Shown piece by piece: positions 1-11,140 of a DNA stretch of 64,000 bases. The notes under the pieces were generated by a model, which saw only the letters and a list, made by a program, of their open reading frames with translations, was not told where the DNA came from and did not search any database. Position numbers and translations under genes: made by a program. Position 1 is the stretch's first letter. Every line of letters starts with the position of its first letter. Origin of the DNA: Hyphochytrium catenoides (taxonomy: Eukaryota > Protista > Hyphochytriomycota); assembly GCA_900088475.1 (NCBI GenBank), contig FLMG01000265.1, positions 257,207 to 321,206 of the forward strand. The letters run 5' to 3'.

Positions 1-1223
1 GTATGATGTGGAAGGCCGTCTTGCTATATATGAAGGGTGCATGCTTGAGAAACCTTCTCTCTTGCATCCCATACGCTGCATCTAACATTTGTTGGGTACG
101 GAGAACAGAGGAGATCCAGATACCTCCATTCTCTACGGGCTTTTTATGAGAGATCACGTGCTTCTCCTGAAACACTCGAAGCCCTCCTTCGCAAGAAAAG
201 AGATCATGAGGCGTAATATCATGTCCGAAGATGTAGTCATCGTTGACCTGTATGAAGGTCTCTGAAAGTCCAGGAATGAGATAGAGAAACTGCTCCAAAA
301 CGTTTGTGTTAAACGTGGGGAGAGCGTGTTTGGCATTGTCTGGGAAGAGTGAGTCCTGGTCTACTACCCGGATGCGCTCACTATTGATATCCAGCCAACT
401 TGGCACCTAAGGTCAAACAACACAAGGTAGAGGTATTCGAGAGTCAGGGGCACAGCTATTGACAATGAAAACGAACGGAAGTGAAAGACGACAGATAGTC
501 TGGACAAATAGCATCGGGGGTAGTTGACCTTCAACAGAGCCGAGACAGGAGAAGAGAAGACTGGCACGGGAAGAAAGGCCCTCTCACCTGTCCGGGTGTG
601 ACAATGTAAATAGTCCCAACCAGCCAAGGCGCGTTCTTTATTAGTGACCGGAGTGAGTATTTTAGCTCTCCAATGTCTCGATCCCTTGATCCACCGACAG
701 CGGACGGTCCTCCATGTTTTAGTCTGCTCTCTTTGTAGCAAGGATCGCTGCCGTTGACCCAAGTGTACACAATGGACGAGTGACGCAGTTGCTCAAAGTT
801 CTTAATCACGCACTTGCCGGGCCACTGCTCCTCAAACGTAAGCGCAACGTCATTTCGTAGGACGGGAAGGGTATTCACAGGCGTTGATAAGACTAGAGCT
901 CCTACGATGAGAACGAAGCCTACGGTACATAAGAAAAGCCCACCCCGTGCTTGAAGAGTTAAGCGGCTTCTAAGCGTCTCTCTCAAACAACGCATTCCTC
1001 TTCTCAATGGCCAGTAACAGCATATTTCAGCCGTCTTCACGTTCATTAGACACCAGTAAGAAGCTGCAGGCGCTGTGCGGACGCAAAGGCAAGATCGTAC
1101 TACTCTCTGCGCAACAATGCGGTCGGGTGAAGGAGAAGAGCAAGATGCCGTATGAGGTGTGTTCCAGCGGTCTGAGCCTGTCTCCCCCGAAGAGAAAGGA
1201 ATTTCTGCCTCTCCTTCTTCCAC
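1..1223 (-). CDS. Stealth-family hexose-1-phosphate transferase (GNPTAB/CpsY/XPT1-like), 3' end outside window
   Basis: Exon 1 has an N-proximal TM, CR1 'IVYTWVNGSDP' and CR2 start 'ELKYSLRSLIKNAPW..IYIVTPGQ'. A GT-AG intron (~588-407) joins it to 'VPSWLDINSERIRVVDQDSLF..LPTFNTNVLEQFLYLIPGLSETFIQVNDDYIF'. The start codon is uncertain. Confidence 0.9.
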
Positions 1224-3418
1224 TCAGCATTGCAGGCACGCATCATCTTCACTGTCCATGCGCCAAGGCCTCAATCGAGCGTTACCTTTTTCTATACTAA
1301 GTAATAGTACTCCTTTCCTTCCTCTTCTCTGTCACTGTCTGGTTCGCTCTCTCTTCTGTCTTTTGGGTCTGGGCCTACTTGGCTCTTGACGTTACTTCGA
1401 CGCTGTGAGGATGTGATCCATCAGCTCCGTCTCTCAATCTTCCAGGCAGGTTATCAGGCGATGGTGGAGGCAACGCATGCCAGGACTTGACAAGCCTCCA
1501 CAGTCTCACACTCGGCGCCCACCCATCCTGCTAGTCATTGTAGGATGTTCGGCGTCATTTAGTTAGCCCATCCGCCTGTATCGGGTGGGAGTGTAACGAC
1601 CTGACTCGTTTATAAGGGTCAAGTATGTATTTCTGGTTGTGACGGTCCAGAGGTGCAGGTTGGCGATGGCTTGGTCTCTTCTTACCCCTCCCTCCTCTGT
1701 CTTACCCGTTCTTGCCCTGTCCTGTTTCCCTATTTTCTCTGTGGCCTCTTCGTCATCAGTCTCTCTCCCTTTTCCTCTCGCTCTCTTCCTCTGCCTCAAC
1801 TGCTCACAACTCCTCTCTCTCGGTCTCCCATCTTCCTTCTTCCTTGATGGTCTAACTCAACGCTTTAGCTTGTGCGCGCGCGCTCTCTCTCTCTCTCTTT
1901 CCCATTCAAATGTTCCTTAAAATTATCAGTCGCTGGTCGGGTTGACTATTCTCTGGACCAGCTACGGGTATAGGTTATGTCCTGGTGGATGCATTCCGTT
2001 TGGCGGGCCTTGGGAAGTTGTTGACTCGACAGTTCTAGTTGTTTGTCTTCTATGCGAGGAGGAACGACTTCAGTGGCTTCGTTCCTCACTCTGTAACAAT
2101 CTCCACCAGAGTCTTTCGTCACGCTTCAGCTACAGCATCTAGAAAATCTTTGATTTGTACAGACGACCTTCTTTTTTGTCCTTAGAAGGAGCTACGTCTC
2201 CTGAAGTCATACAGTTTTCTCTCTACTCTCTACAGAGTCTGATGGTCGTCGGAGACGGGTCTTTAAGTCAAAAGCTAGTCTGCACTACTAGATGGGCTTC
2301 AATGGTTTTCAATCTCTACCTATTCTGACCAGTTCCATTCGTCACGTCAAGAGTCACGTTCAAGAGCTTACAGTACTGCCCTAGTAGGGAAAGATTTTGT
2401 ACAAGGGATCTTTTTTCTTAGCTGCAGAGGAGCTTACCTGTCCAGCGTACATATTAATTGCTATTTGTCAAAGGGTGCTTGTGAAAGACCGCCACCGACC
2501 CCTTGATGCTTCTCTGTATCACAAAGCTCACCTACCGCGAATTGAGAAGAAGTTCTCCAGTAGGAAAGGGGAATACACCTCAAGCGCTTGTGACTGCAAC
2601 CAAGACCTTTACTTTGTATTGCTGTCATCAAATGTCATCAATACTTATGATGGTGGACTTTTCAAAAGATTCAATTAGGGGATCTTTCTGCTTGGAATGT
2701 CTTATATTCCCTGCTGCAAAGGCTGCCGTAGCTTTAGCAATATGGCGACCCCATATTATTGGGCTAGGTTATGACGTGCTTGTTGGCGTGTTGGCTGATG
2801 CCAGGGCTTCAGGGCAGCAGCTTCCTCTTCTTATTAGCTCTTCATCCTGTGAGCACCCGGCGACTCGGTCTGGTGGTTCTTCACTTCTCCACTGTAACCT
2901 ATTGTAAAGGATCGAGCACTCCTGGGGAAGAACTGAAGCGCCGGAAGGAACCGAAGCTCTCCTAGTGGTAGTCCTAAAATAAAGACCTTCTGAAGCTATT
3001 ACATTAAGGCCCTATAGGGGGACTGTGCCGATACACGAAGATGATGGTTCTTAGCCGAAAATACCGCTTATGGTTAGCCAGTGAGGTCAACGAGCTCAGA
3101 AAGCTGCATCTCAGCGGCATGGAGCTCTGGTCTTGCTGCATCCTCATTCAATCGTCGTGATCTATGGGCCTCCGACAAGGTGTATCAAGTCTCCTCAGCT
3201 CAGTCCTCTTGCTATCCAACTACTGATGCATCGCACTAGTTGAATGTTCTGAGTAAGGTCTGACTTTTGCATAAGCTGTCAAGCTAGCGAGTATGGCGCC
3301 TTCACGGCAAGGGTTTGGCGAGCTCTCCAATGATCGAACCCTACAGCTAGACAATGGTGTTCTCTGCTCACTAGCATAAGCCCTAATCACTATCAGTCCG
3401 GCCTGCACGTTGGCCTCG

Positions 3419-6400
3419 ATGAGTCTCTCCGCGCTGAGACGATGCCTATTGAAGGCGCTTACAATGCTCCTTAGAGGTCTGGCACAGGTATGACGGAGTT
3501 AACATATTAAGTGTTCTTCCTTGAAAAGTAGGAAGTAGACATTGCCCACACACTTTTATCCTTTGTTTCCAGGGAATACTCTACTGCCTCAACTTGCAAG
3601 GCCAACTAATGTCGTCTTCATGGAAGGACAGGAGACGAAAGTGGAATAGACAGGTTTGCTCTATGAGCTGAAAGCGCTCATCGCCATCACTAATAACCAT
3701 ATTTGCCTAGGAGAGGGATGTGCTGATCACTTCGCCAAGTGCTGTCCATGGAACTGACTTATTTGAAGAGTTCCGCAGACGTGTCACCGGTAGGTCTTCA
3801 TGTGCCCCTACAATCCTGGAGAATGGGAACTTGTCCCTAGCCCTCCTTCCTGTCCGTACTCTTGAGCAAGAAAGTAAGAGCTGATCCGGTGATACTGTCG
3901 CAGGGTATGAGAGTAGCTTTCAAAACTTCCGTTTGGCGTTCCTCGTCATGCCAGTGGTGCTATGCCTGGCCCTTGCAGTTTTGGGCCGGTGCGGAGTGCT
4001 TGTCTATAGTGGCCTTGTTGGGCCGGTCTGGTACTTTGCCACGCTCATGGTCACGGTTAACCCCTTCTGGCAAGTCTACGAGTACAGGGGCTTGGGGTAG
4101 GTGTCAGACGGGCCTCGCGGACTATGGTCATACTTTTCTATACAAAACGCTATATCTTCTCCTTTTGGGTTCTAGCAGTCGATGAACGGCACTGCTCTTC
4201 CGGTCACTCCCACTCAGGGCTCTGCGCTTCTGATCAGTTTCCCCTTTTCTTTCTCGTTCTCTCTATCTCTTCCTCATCGTCCAACCCCTTGTCAAAAGGA
4301 GGTTCCGCCAGTCCCTCTATATCCTCCACGTCAGATCTTCTTAGCGTTGTGACTTAACTTCTTAAGGTCACCAGTCTTCTCTCCTTGCCCGCAGACCTGG
4401 GTTCGCCCGGAATATGTTCACAGTGCTGCTGATTATCAGCTTTCTAATCGGCATAGTCGAAGTCTATTTGACGGTCTTCCTAGGTGATAGGTCCTCATCC
4501 TGGATTGTAGGGAGCTCTCTCTCTGGCTTTCTGACTATCGGGGCAATTCCTTTTTTCTTCTTCGTCCAGGTCAGTCATGTGCAGACAATCACGGCGCCCA
4601 TCTTGCGTAACTCGTTCTCTCATCAATCTAATTTCCGGTTACTTCTGCACCCTCCTATCTGATGCTTCTGCAGCATCGGAAGGTCCGAGAAACGCTAGTA
4701 CATAATGGTCCTATCTCAGAGGACGATGGCCATGGGCTACGGGAAGGTACCTGCGGCTGGATTTATTGTGCCTTTGATTGGATTTCTAACAAGATTATGG
4801 CTTCGAAGGTCCGGAAAGCAAGGATGGCGTGGAGATCGGAGAAATGAGCGGGGCGACTAAAGAGCAATCGCAAGGGAAGGAGTATGTCTCTGGATTTGAT
4901 AGAGGTAAGATTGAAGGGACAGCGCTCGAGAAAGAGAAGCCGAGAATTAAGTGATGATGGGGGAAGGAAAGGACTAGGGCTCTTTGATAGGTGAAGCGTT
5001 GGACTCATCTTAGTCATATGGCTGCGACAATGAAACAGGACCTGAAGCACATTAGCCCTTCTTGTGGCAGAGGCACCCAAGACCATACTCACTTATCTCT
5101 CTTTTGCCCAGATGCACATTCACGAATACTCCCTGTCACGTACTCTACGGCATTGTTAGCCGCAACCATTTCCTGGGCCAACTACCTTATTCCATCGGGT
5201 TCAGTGCTCTCTCAATGGGATTTAATCTACGTCTGTGTCTTTGCCAGCCTCTATGTCATTGGGAAAGAGAGGACGAAGGATATCTCTTATCACTTCGGTT
5301 ATCTCATTTTTTATGCAGTGGTCATGACCAAAGTAAGGGCTCATATCCTGTTGCTTTTCTTTGTCCTCATGGTCTGATGATCTCCTTCAAGGCGCCCAAT
5401 TTCCTTGGACCGCTCTCTCTGAGAGCGTTTGAGTCCCTCCATCTCTCTTTGGAGACGTATCTACCGTCGTTTTTGTCATGGGGAGAGCTCTTCATTTCCT
5501 TTGGCTACGTGCTGATGATGCAGGTGCGCGGGACTTTATCCTGACCTGATGGCTGTCGTATGCCTTTGGCATGATATTCGACAACTTGCGGTGTCTACGG
5601 ACGCTCCAGTTATTCCTGGTTCTCTGACGTCACTTCACGTGTACTTCCGTGACTTTTTAACGGTTCCATCCGTTACTCTTGGCTCTACTCCGTCAAGGCT
5701 CTATCATTTTGAGTCCCGCATTCATTCAGCAAAACTTTAACTGTCGGCGCTACTGACTTATTCTGCAGACTTTTTTCTTTACGCTGTCGATTGTTGTCGC
5801 CAAGCTCTCAAGGCAATCCTCGCACCCGGCGTTACTCTTTATCGCGCAGCTATATTTCTACCTCTTCTGGTATCTATTAGTAGCCAACGATCGCCCCATA
5901 GATGGCTCGTACTGGGTGACGCTATTATGGAATGTGAGTATAAAGTGGTAGGATTGAGAACGAGGTACATTAGAATCTTGCGAGAGCAAAGGAGTTCCCG
6001 GCGACGATGTGCTTTAACGCCAATCCGACTGAAAGTGTCGGTAGGACCGCACAAAGAAAGCCCTTTCAGGATGGGTACGGGCGTGCCGGGAAGGATCACT
6101 AAAGTTTTGAAGTGGTCTTGAAGGGACGGGGGAAACGGGGGCTATCACCGGGACTGACATCTTGTCCTCTTCCTCTTCCGCTGTATACCGACAGAATGTA
6201 CACGTCATTCTTACCAATACTGGATTCTATGCTGACGTCTTCAGAACAGGCGTAGCTTTTATCAAAAATCCCTTCTTGCCTTGCATCCGACTCGACTCTC
6301 TGAACTGCTACAGGTAATCAGATCTGGCCCTGTCCTTTACTCTCGACGGTTCAGAGTCACTATGTATTGCCGGAACGAGGTCGAGAGCTTGAAAATGGTC

Positions 6401-7927
6401 CCATAATGTTCCTTGAAGCCTAATTAACCTGAGCTCACTCCGTCGACACATGCAGGGCGTCATTGAGGGCAAAACGTCAGCGGGAGGAAGAGGAGGAAGA
6501 AGAGCTCTTGAAGCATGCAGCCTATGATAGCAGTGATGACACTACCTTTTCTAGAAATGTATCCTCACCCCTTATCAACAGAAAGTCGGGAAGGTAGGCA
6601 GACTGTGTCTGGTCGAGAGCCATTTGGTCGGTTGTCTAACTCTCTCTGGACTTGGTTTCAGGGTGAAAGTCACACGGTATGACGTGGAACCGCTCTCTGA
6701 GGAGGAGATAAAGTCGCTCATCTTTCTGATCACGGTATCCAGCCGCTCAGCCTAAGCTCCCTGGAAGCCTGACTGTTACGTGCCTTCATTATTTTGTGTG
6801 CTCGTGTGCCTCCCTTTCTGCTCCCCTTGTACCCTTTCTTTTCTTATGCCTTACCAAGCCCTCCTCCCTTCCTCTTTTCAGATGGCGGAACAGGACAATA
6901 TGGCAGACTCCACCGCGCTCATCATCGTGCCCTCACTGCTGAGCCTCTTTTCGATTCTTAACCCCAATAACGTCAGTGATGCATACCTCTTCCCACCTCC
7001 TTACCCTCTCAATCTCAGTCGGCACACTTTCCAGTAGTTCTCTTCACAAGCATCTTCCTTTCCTATAGTCACCTTGGCCAATAACGCCCAAGTTCCGTGC
7101 TCAAAGTCTTTTTGTACTGACCATCAGGTTTCCCCTCACTCTGCAGAGCTCATCCATAATGAGCAAAGGCAACTTGTGGCTACGCTGTGTGTTCATGTAC
7201 ATCGCGCGGCTTATAAGGTAAATTTGCCCAAGAATTCATCAGACAACAGCCATTTTTACTCATCTATAGCGAAATACATCCAGCTTCGTTGTTTCCAACG
7301 TTTTACCGGCATTGTCGGCTCAAAAGTAACCTTAAGGCCATCTTCCTTCTGTTTTACTTTGCAACGCTCTTTCTCTCGTTCTCACGTTTTCCCTTCGTTT
7401 TTGGGTGCGCTTGCTGTTCAGTGGCCACCTTGCCAGGGAAATACTTACACATAAACTGCGCTCAAGCTCCAAGGTAAAGTATAGGCTGTCTTCTCGACTG
7501 ACAACTGTCCCGTGAGGCACCGCTAACAGCTGCTATCTTCGCAAACTGCAGGCGGATGAGCTGGAGGAGACTAACGAAACGAGTCGAGAGGTTGAAAAGC
7601 TGGACAGGTGCGAACACTCATTAGCTCTAGCTCTTCTATTATGCGGTTCTTCCGCTCCTCTCTTCCGCGCCTGCCAGCTGTAATGGATATTATGAACCAA
7701 TCTCAGCTATCTAGGTTGCTATGGTCCCATCTATCTCTCACCCCACTGTTATCGACGTGTCTTTATGCAGCATTGTTATGCGGGACTTAAAGGATCGCTT
7801 TTGGTTCTTGGTGGCAGTGACAGTGAGCTGCACTTTCGCCTGCTTTCAACACGACGACATCCCCTCGCGCTTCGCCTTCCTTGTTCAGGTTAACACCGAC
7901 TTCACACCCACAAATGGACAGCCTTGA
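3419..7927 (+). CDS. Uncharacterised polytopic membrane protein (~18 exons, roughly 12-13 predicted TM segments)
   Basis: Consecutive GT-AG-bounded exons splice with consistent phase into one open frame. Examples: 'AFLVMPVVLCLALAVLG', 'FTVLLIISFLIGIVEVYLTVFLG', 'WDLIYVCVFASLYVIG', 'LLFIAQLYFYLFWYLLV', 'AEQDNMADSTALIIVPSLLSLF', 'FWFLVAVTVSCTFACF..GQP*'. The 5'-most exons are less certain. Confidence 0.75.
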
Positions 7928-8675
7928 GGAGGGAGAAGGCCTGAAAGGGGCCTGTTACTTCTTATTCTTCTACTTCCTGCATTGCCTTATTCCGCGCGCT
8001 ATGCCTTTTGGACACATCTGCTCCGGCAGTAAATGAGCTCCGAATGAGCAGATTTGAAAGTCGCGCAGCGCTTCAAAGGCTCTGTATCCTTACTATGGCG
8101 TGATTGAAAAGGCCCAGTAGGTGCAGCACGCAAGGTTGCTTCTTCAAAGCCCACGAAAATAGAGGTTTCAAAGGGCGCCCGACAAAGACGAAGCACTGAG
8201 ATGGGGCGATAGATAGGGAAAATGGTAGCAGAGTCAAGACCATGGCAACATATCGAGAATGAGGGCTAGGTTGGGTTACAAGAGACTAGGTCAGAGGCAC
8301 TGGGTGGGGCCCGGAGGCCCTTCTCTCATCGTATAGACAGAATAGAACCTCTTGCTCTATCGCCCCATCCATCAACAAGAAAGGGTTATATATCTTCTGT
8401 GCTCCTCCGTTCCCCAGAGTCGTCTAACGCATATCCATGTTTCTTCAGAAGTGTCCTCTCGCGGGTCACTCTTGTCCTACATCGATTCGCAACGCTACAT
8501 CATCATTGCTCTTCAGCTCCCTTCCGCGTATTACCTCTCAACCATGCCGATGACACTGGAAGAGAGAACTGCTCTGCCCAGCCTATGCCGACCGTGATGC
8601 TCCCACAGAGCTTAGTTTCTTCCTTCGTCCTCAAGCCACCTTGTGCGATCCTGGTGTGCTTGTCGGCTTGGTTGT

Positions 8676-9169
8676 TTATCAGAGAATGAGCAGCGGCTTG
8701 GTTGCTGGGGACAAGAGGCCGGTGGAAGTCATGCCAACGCCTGCGGCAGCAACCGTAAGACTCTCTGATCACAGGAAAGATACCGTACAAGTCAGAAAGG
8801 GGTGACTCCCAGCACCCAAGGATGGAGGCAATTGGTTGTTATAGTTGACAGGTGTATTGTGAGGTGAGGGGACGACGTCGATACCCGGTGCGTGGCGTCG
8901 CCCCCATCAGAACACGTGTGCGGTCGATTGGGAGAACAAGAAGATCTCCCTTGTCTTTCTTCTCAGCTGCCTCCCCCTCTCTCTCTTGCTCTCTTGCTCT
9001 CTCTCCCTCTTTCTNNNNNNNNNNNNNNNNNNNNNNNNNNNNNNNNNNNNNNNNNNNNNNNNNNNNNNNNNNNNNNNNNNNNNNNNNNNNNNNNNNNNNN
9101 NNNNNNNNNNNNNNNNNNNNNNNNNNNNNNTCATTGAGACAAAATCCTTATCAGAGAATGAGCAGCGGC
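8676..9169 (+). repeat. Exact 22-bp direct repeat (ttatcagagaatgagcagcggc) at 8676-8697 and 9148-9169
   Basis: Direct sequence comparison. The copies flank a CT microsatellite and an N-gap. Confidence 0.9.
9015..9130. other. Assembly gap (N run) adjacent to CT microsatellite
   Basis: Run of n characters. Confidence 0.99.
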
Positions 9170-10916
9170 GCTCTTATCGCGCGGAGGAGTCTGTTGTTCT
9201 CCCGCTTCAAACCTCTCTTTTCTACCCATAATCTTCGACAGAGCGCTGTGCCTTCCTCAAGGCTGAGCTCCACTCACGCAATCATGACCAAGAAAGCGCT
9301 TGTTCCAGTGGTAAGAGTGGCCGCAGGGGAATAGGGAGGACGAGGTCTGAGAAGGTAGTAAGAGGAGCTTAAACGTTGCCTTGAAGCGTGACAGAGGGAC
9401 ACGCACACAGAGAGAGAGAGAGCCAAAGAGGAGGGGGATACATTGAGAGGATCGACCCTGAGAGGAGCTTGTCTCGCAGCAGCCTAACAAGCTTATCATC
9501 CCATAGGCAGATGGTAGTGAGGATATTGAAACAGTCACGATTGTGGATGTCCTCCGTCGAGCCAAATTTGAGGTGAGTAGGCCAATGATGCCTAAGTATC
9601 GCCAGCGCACGACTACGGCGGCTATAGACTGTGAGAAAAGGATGACTAGGCCCATTAGGGGCGATACGGGTAGAGATGAGGGCCGCTGAACCAGCCGAGA
9701 TGCGATTAGACTCGTTAGAGAAAGTCCTCGCAAGTGCCAGGAGTCGGAGCGCTGAACGACTCACTCTTTCTTGCGAGTAGGTGGTGCTAGCAAGCGTCAT
9801 GCCAGGACGGAATGAGGTGACGCTGGCCCGTGGCTGCCGCCTGGTTGCTGACCGTAACATCTCCGAAGTGCTGCAGCACTCCCATGACTGGGATGTCATT
9901 GCACTGCCAGGGGTAGGAGAGAGTTTATCAGCTCTATCATCCTGGCTGATGGGGTCTTTATGGAGTTCTTTCTTCGCCAATCTCTTTGTGTGTCTGCTCT
10001 CTCTTTCTCAGTGTTTCTCTGCTATTGACCTGCGTTTCGACTCCACTCGCTGTCTGTTCCGTCGGCCACATTGGCACTCTCGGTTGCTTCTCTCTCTTCC
10101 ATACCAGTGAATCACCTGTGCTTATCTTCCTTTTGCTGGTATCGTGGACAGGGCATGCCTGGTGCTGAACACCTACGGGACTGTTCAGGGCTGATTGAGC
10201 TCTTGAAAAGACAGAAAGCTGCGGGCAAACTCTATGCTGCCATCTGTGCTTCTCCTGCAGTCGTCTTTCATCACCACGGACTCCTCGAAGGGAAGAAATT
10301 CACATGCTTCCCCTCCTTTGCACAGAAGATCCCAGGTACGATCTATACGGCGCTAGAGGATGAGGGATGCATGCGATTGCAGCTGTAAAGAGATTTAAAA
10401 ATGGACAACGGGTCGAGAGGAGAGAGACAGATAGGCAGACAACAGATAAAGCGGCGGGTCACGTGCAGCAGGACGGAAAGGCAGGACCGGCACGGGGCGA
10501 AATGGGAGAGAGGTACGGCATGCCGCTTCTGCTGATGTCCTACTTGTAGGGGCGAGTTCAGCATCCTCGGACCGCGTCGTCGTATCAGGTAACTGCATTA
10601 CCAGCCAGGGGCCCGGCACATCTATCGAGTTCGCGCTGAAGATCGTCGAGCATGTTGCTGGGAAGGTCAGGAAAAGCTGTTCTTTCTTCTGTCATTTTCA
10701 TTCTAGTCTGCGGGTCACTTGTGCCCATACTAGACCTATCTATGGCCATCAGTCCAGGTCCTACGTGTCCCCTCCATCTTCTCTCTTTTTAGTGACCAAC
10801 CTGGGTTCATAATCAGCTCCGTGGCTCATATCGGTCTTTCTTGACTTTACTGCCAGAGCGTTGGCAAATCCACGGAAGAGCCTTTGCTTGCTGCTGTCTC
10901 TGTGGTTGGTGCTTAA
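9158..10916 (+). CDS. DJ1: DJ-1/PfpI (ThiJ/YajL-like) deglycase/glyoxalase with N-terminal presequence; 6 exons
   Basis: Spliced product MTKKALVPV|[22 protein letters not shown]|VVLAS..DVIALPG|[23 protein letters not shown]|..[26 protein letters not shown]. The catalytic Glu and the Cys (AICA) are present. Confidence 0.95.
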
Positions 10917-11140
10917 GGAAGCTGGAAAAAAAAGCCGAGATGATCAATCGCTTTGTAGGCATCTAGGCCAGCTACTGTTTTTAATACTGTTTGATAATGA
11001 ATTTGCGTATGACTCGCTGTAATCAAATGAAGACCATAAGACAATCTACTTCGTCAGTGAGTAAGCGACGAGTAGAGTGGCAGTAGGACGAACTGGCTAA
11101 GAAGAAATGGGCCGCACTAGACAAGCGAGGCGCTATCACT

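Noticed and set aside
1300-3400. Short ORFs and possible degenerate transposon
   Set aside because: No transposase, RT or integrase motifs, no terminal repeats and no consistent exon chain were found.
3860-4600. Minus-strand protein-like frame with scattered TAG/TAA/TGA, suggesting stop-codon reassignment or a hypermutated pseudogene
   Set aside because: Stop density is close to random, and the region is explained by plus-strand exons of the membrane protein. All reconstructed genes use the standard code, with TAA, TAG and TGA all acting as stops.
5524-5590. Apparent in-frame TGA (..DFILT*WLSYAFG..) hinting at selenocysteine or Trp recoding
   Set aside because: It lies inside the intron that starts at CAG|gtgcgc (5524).
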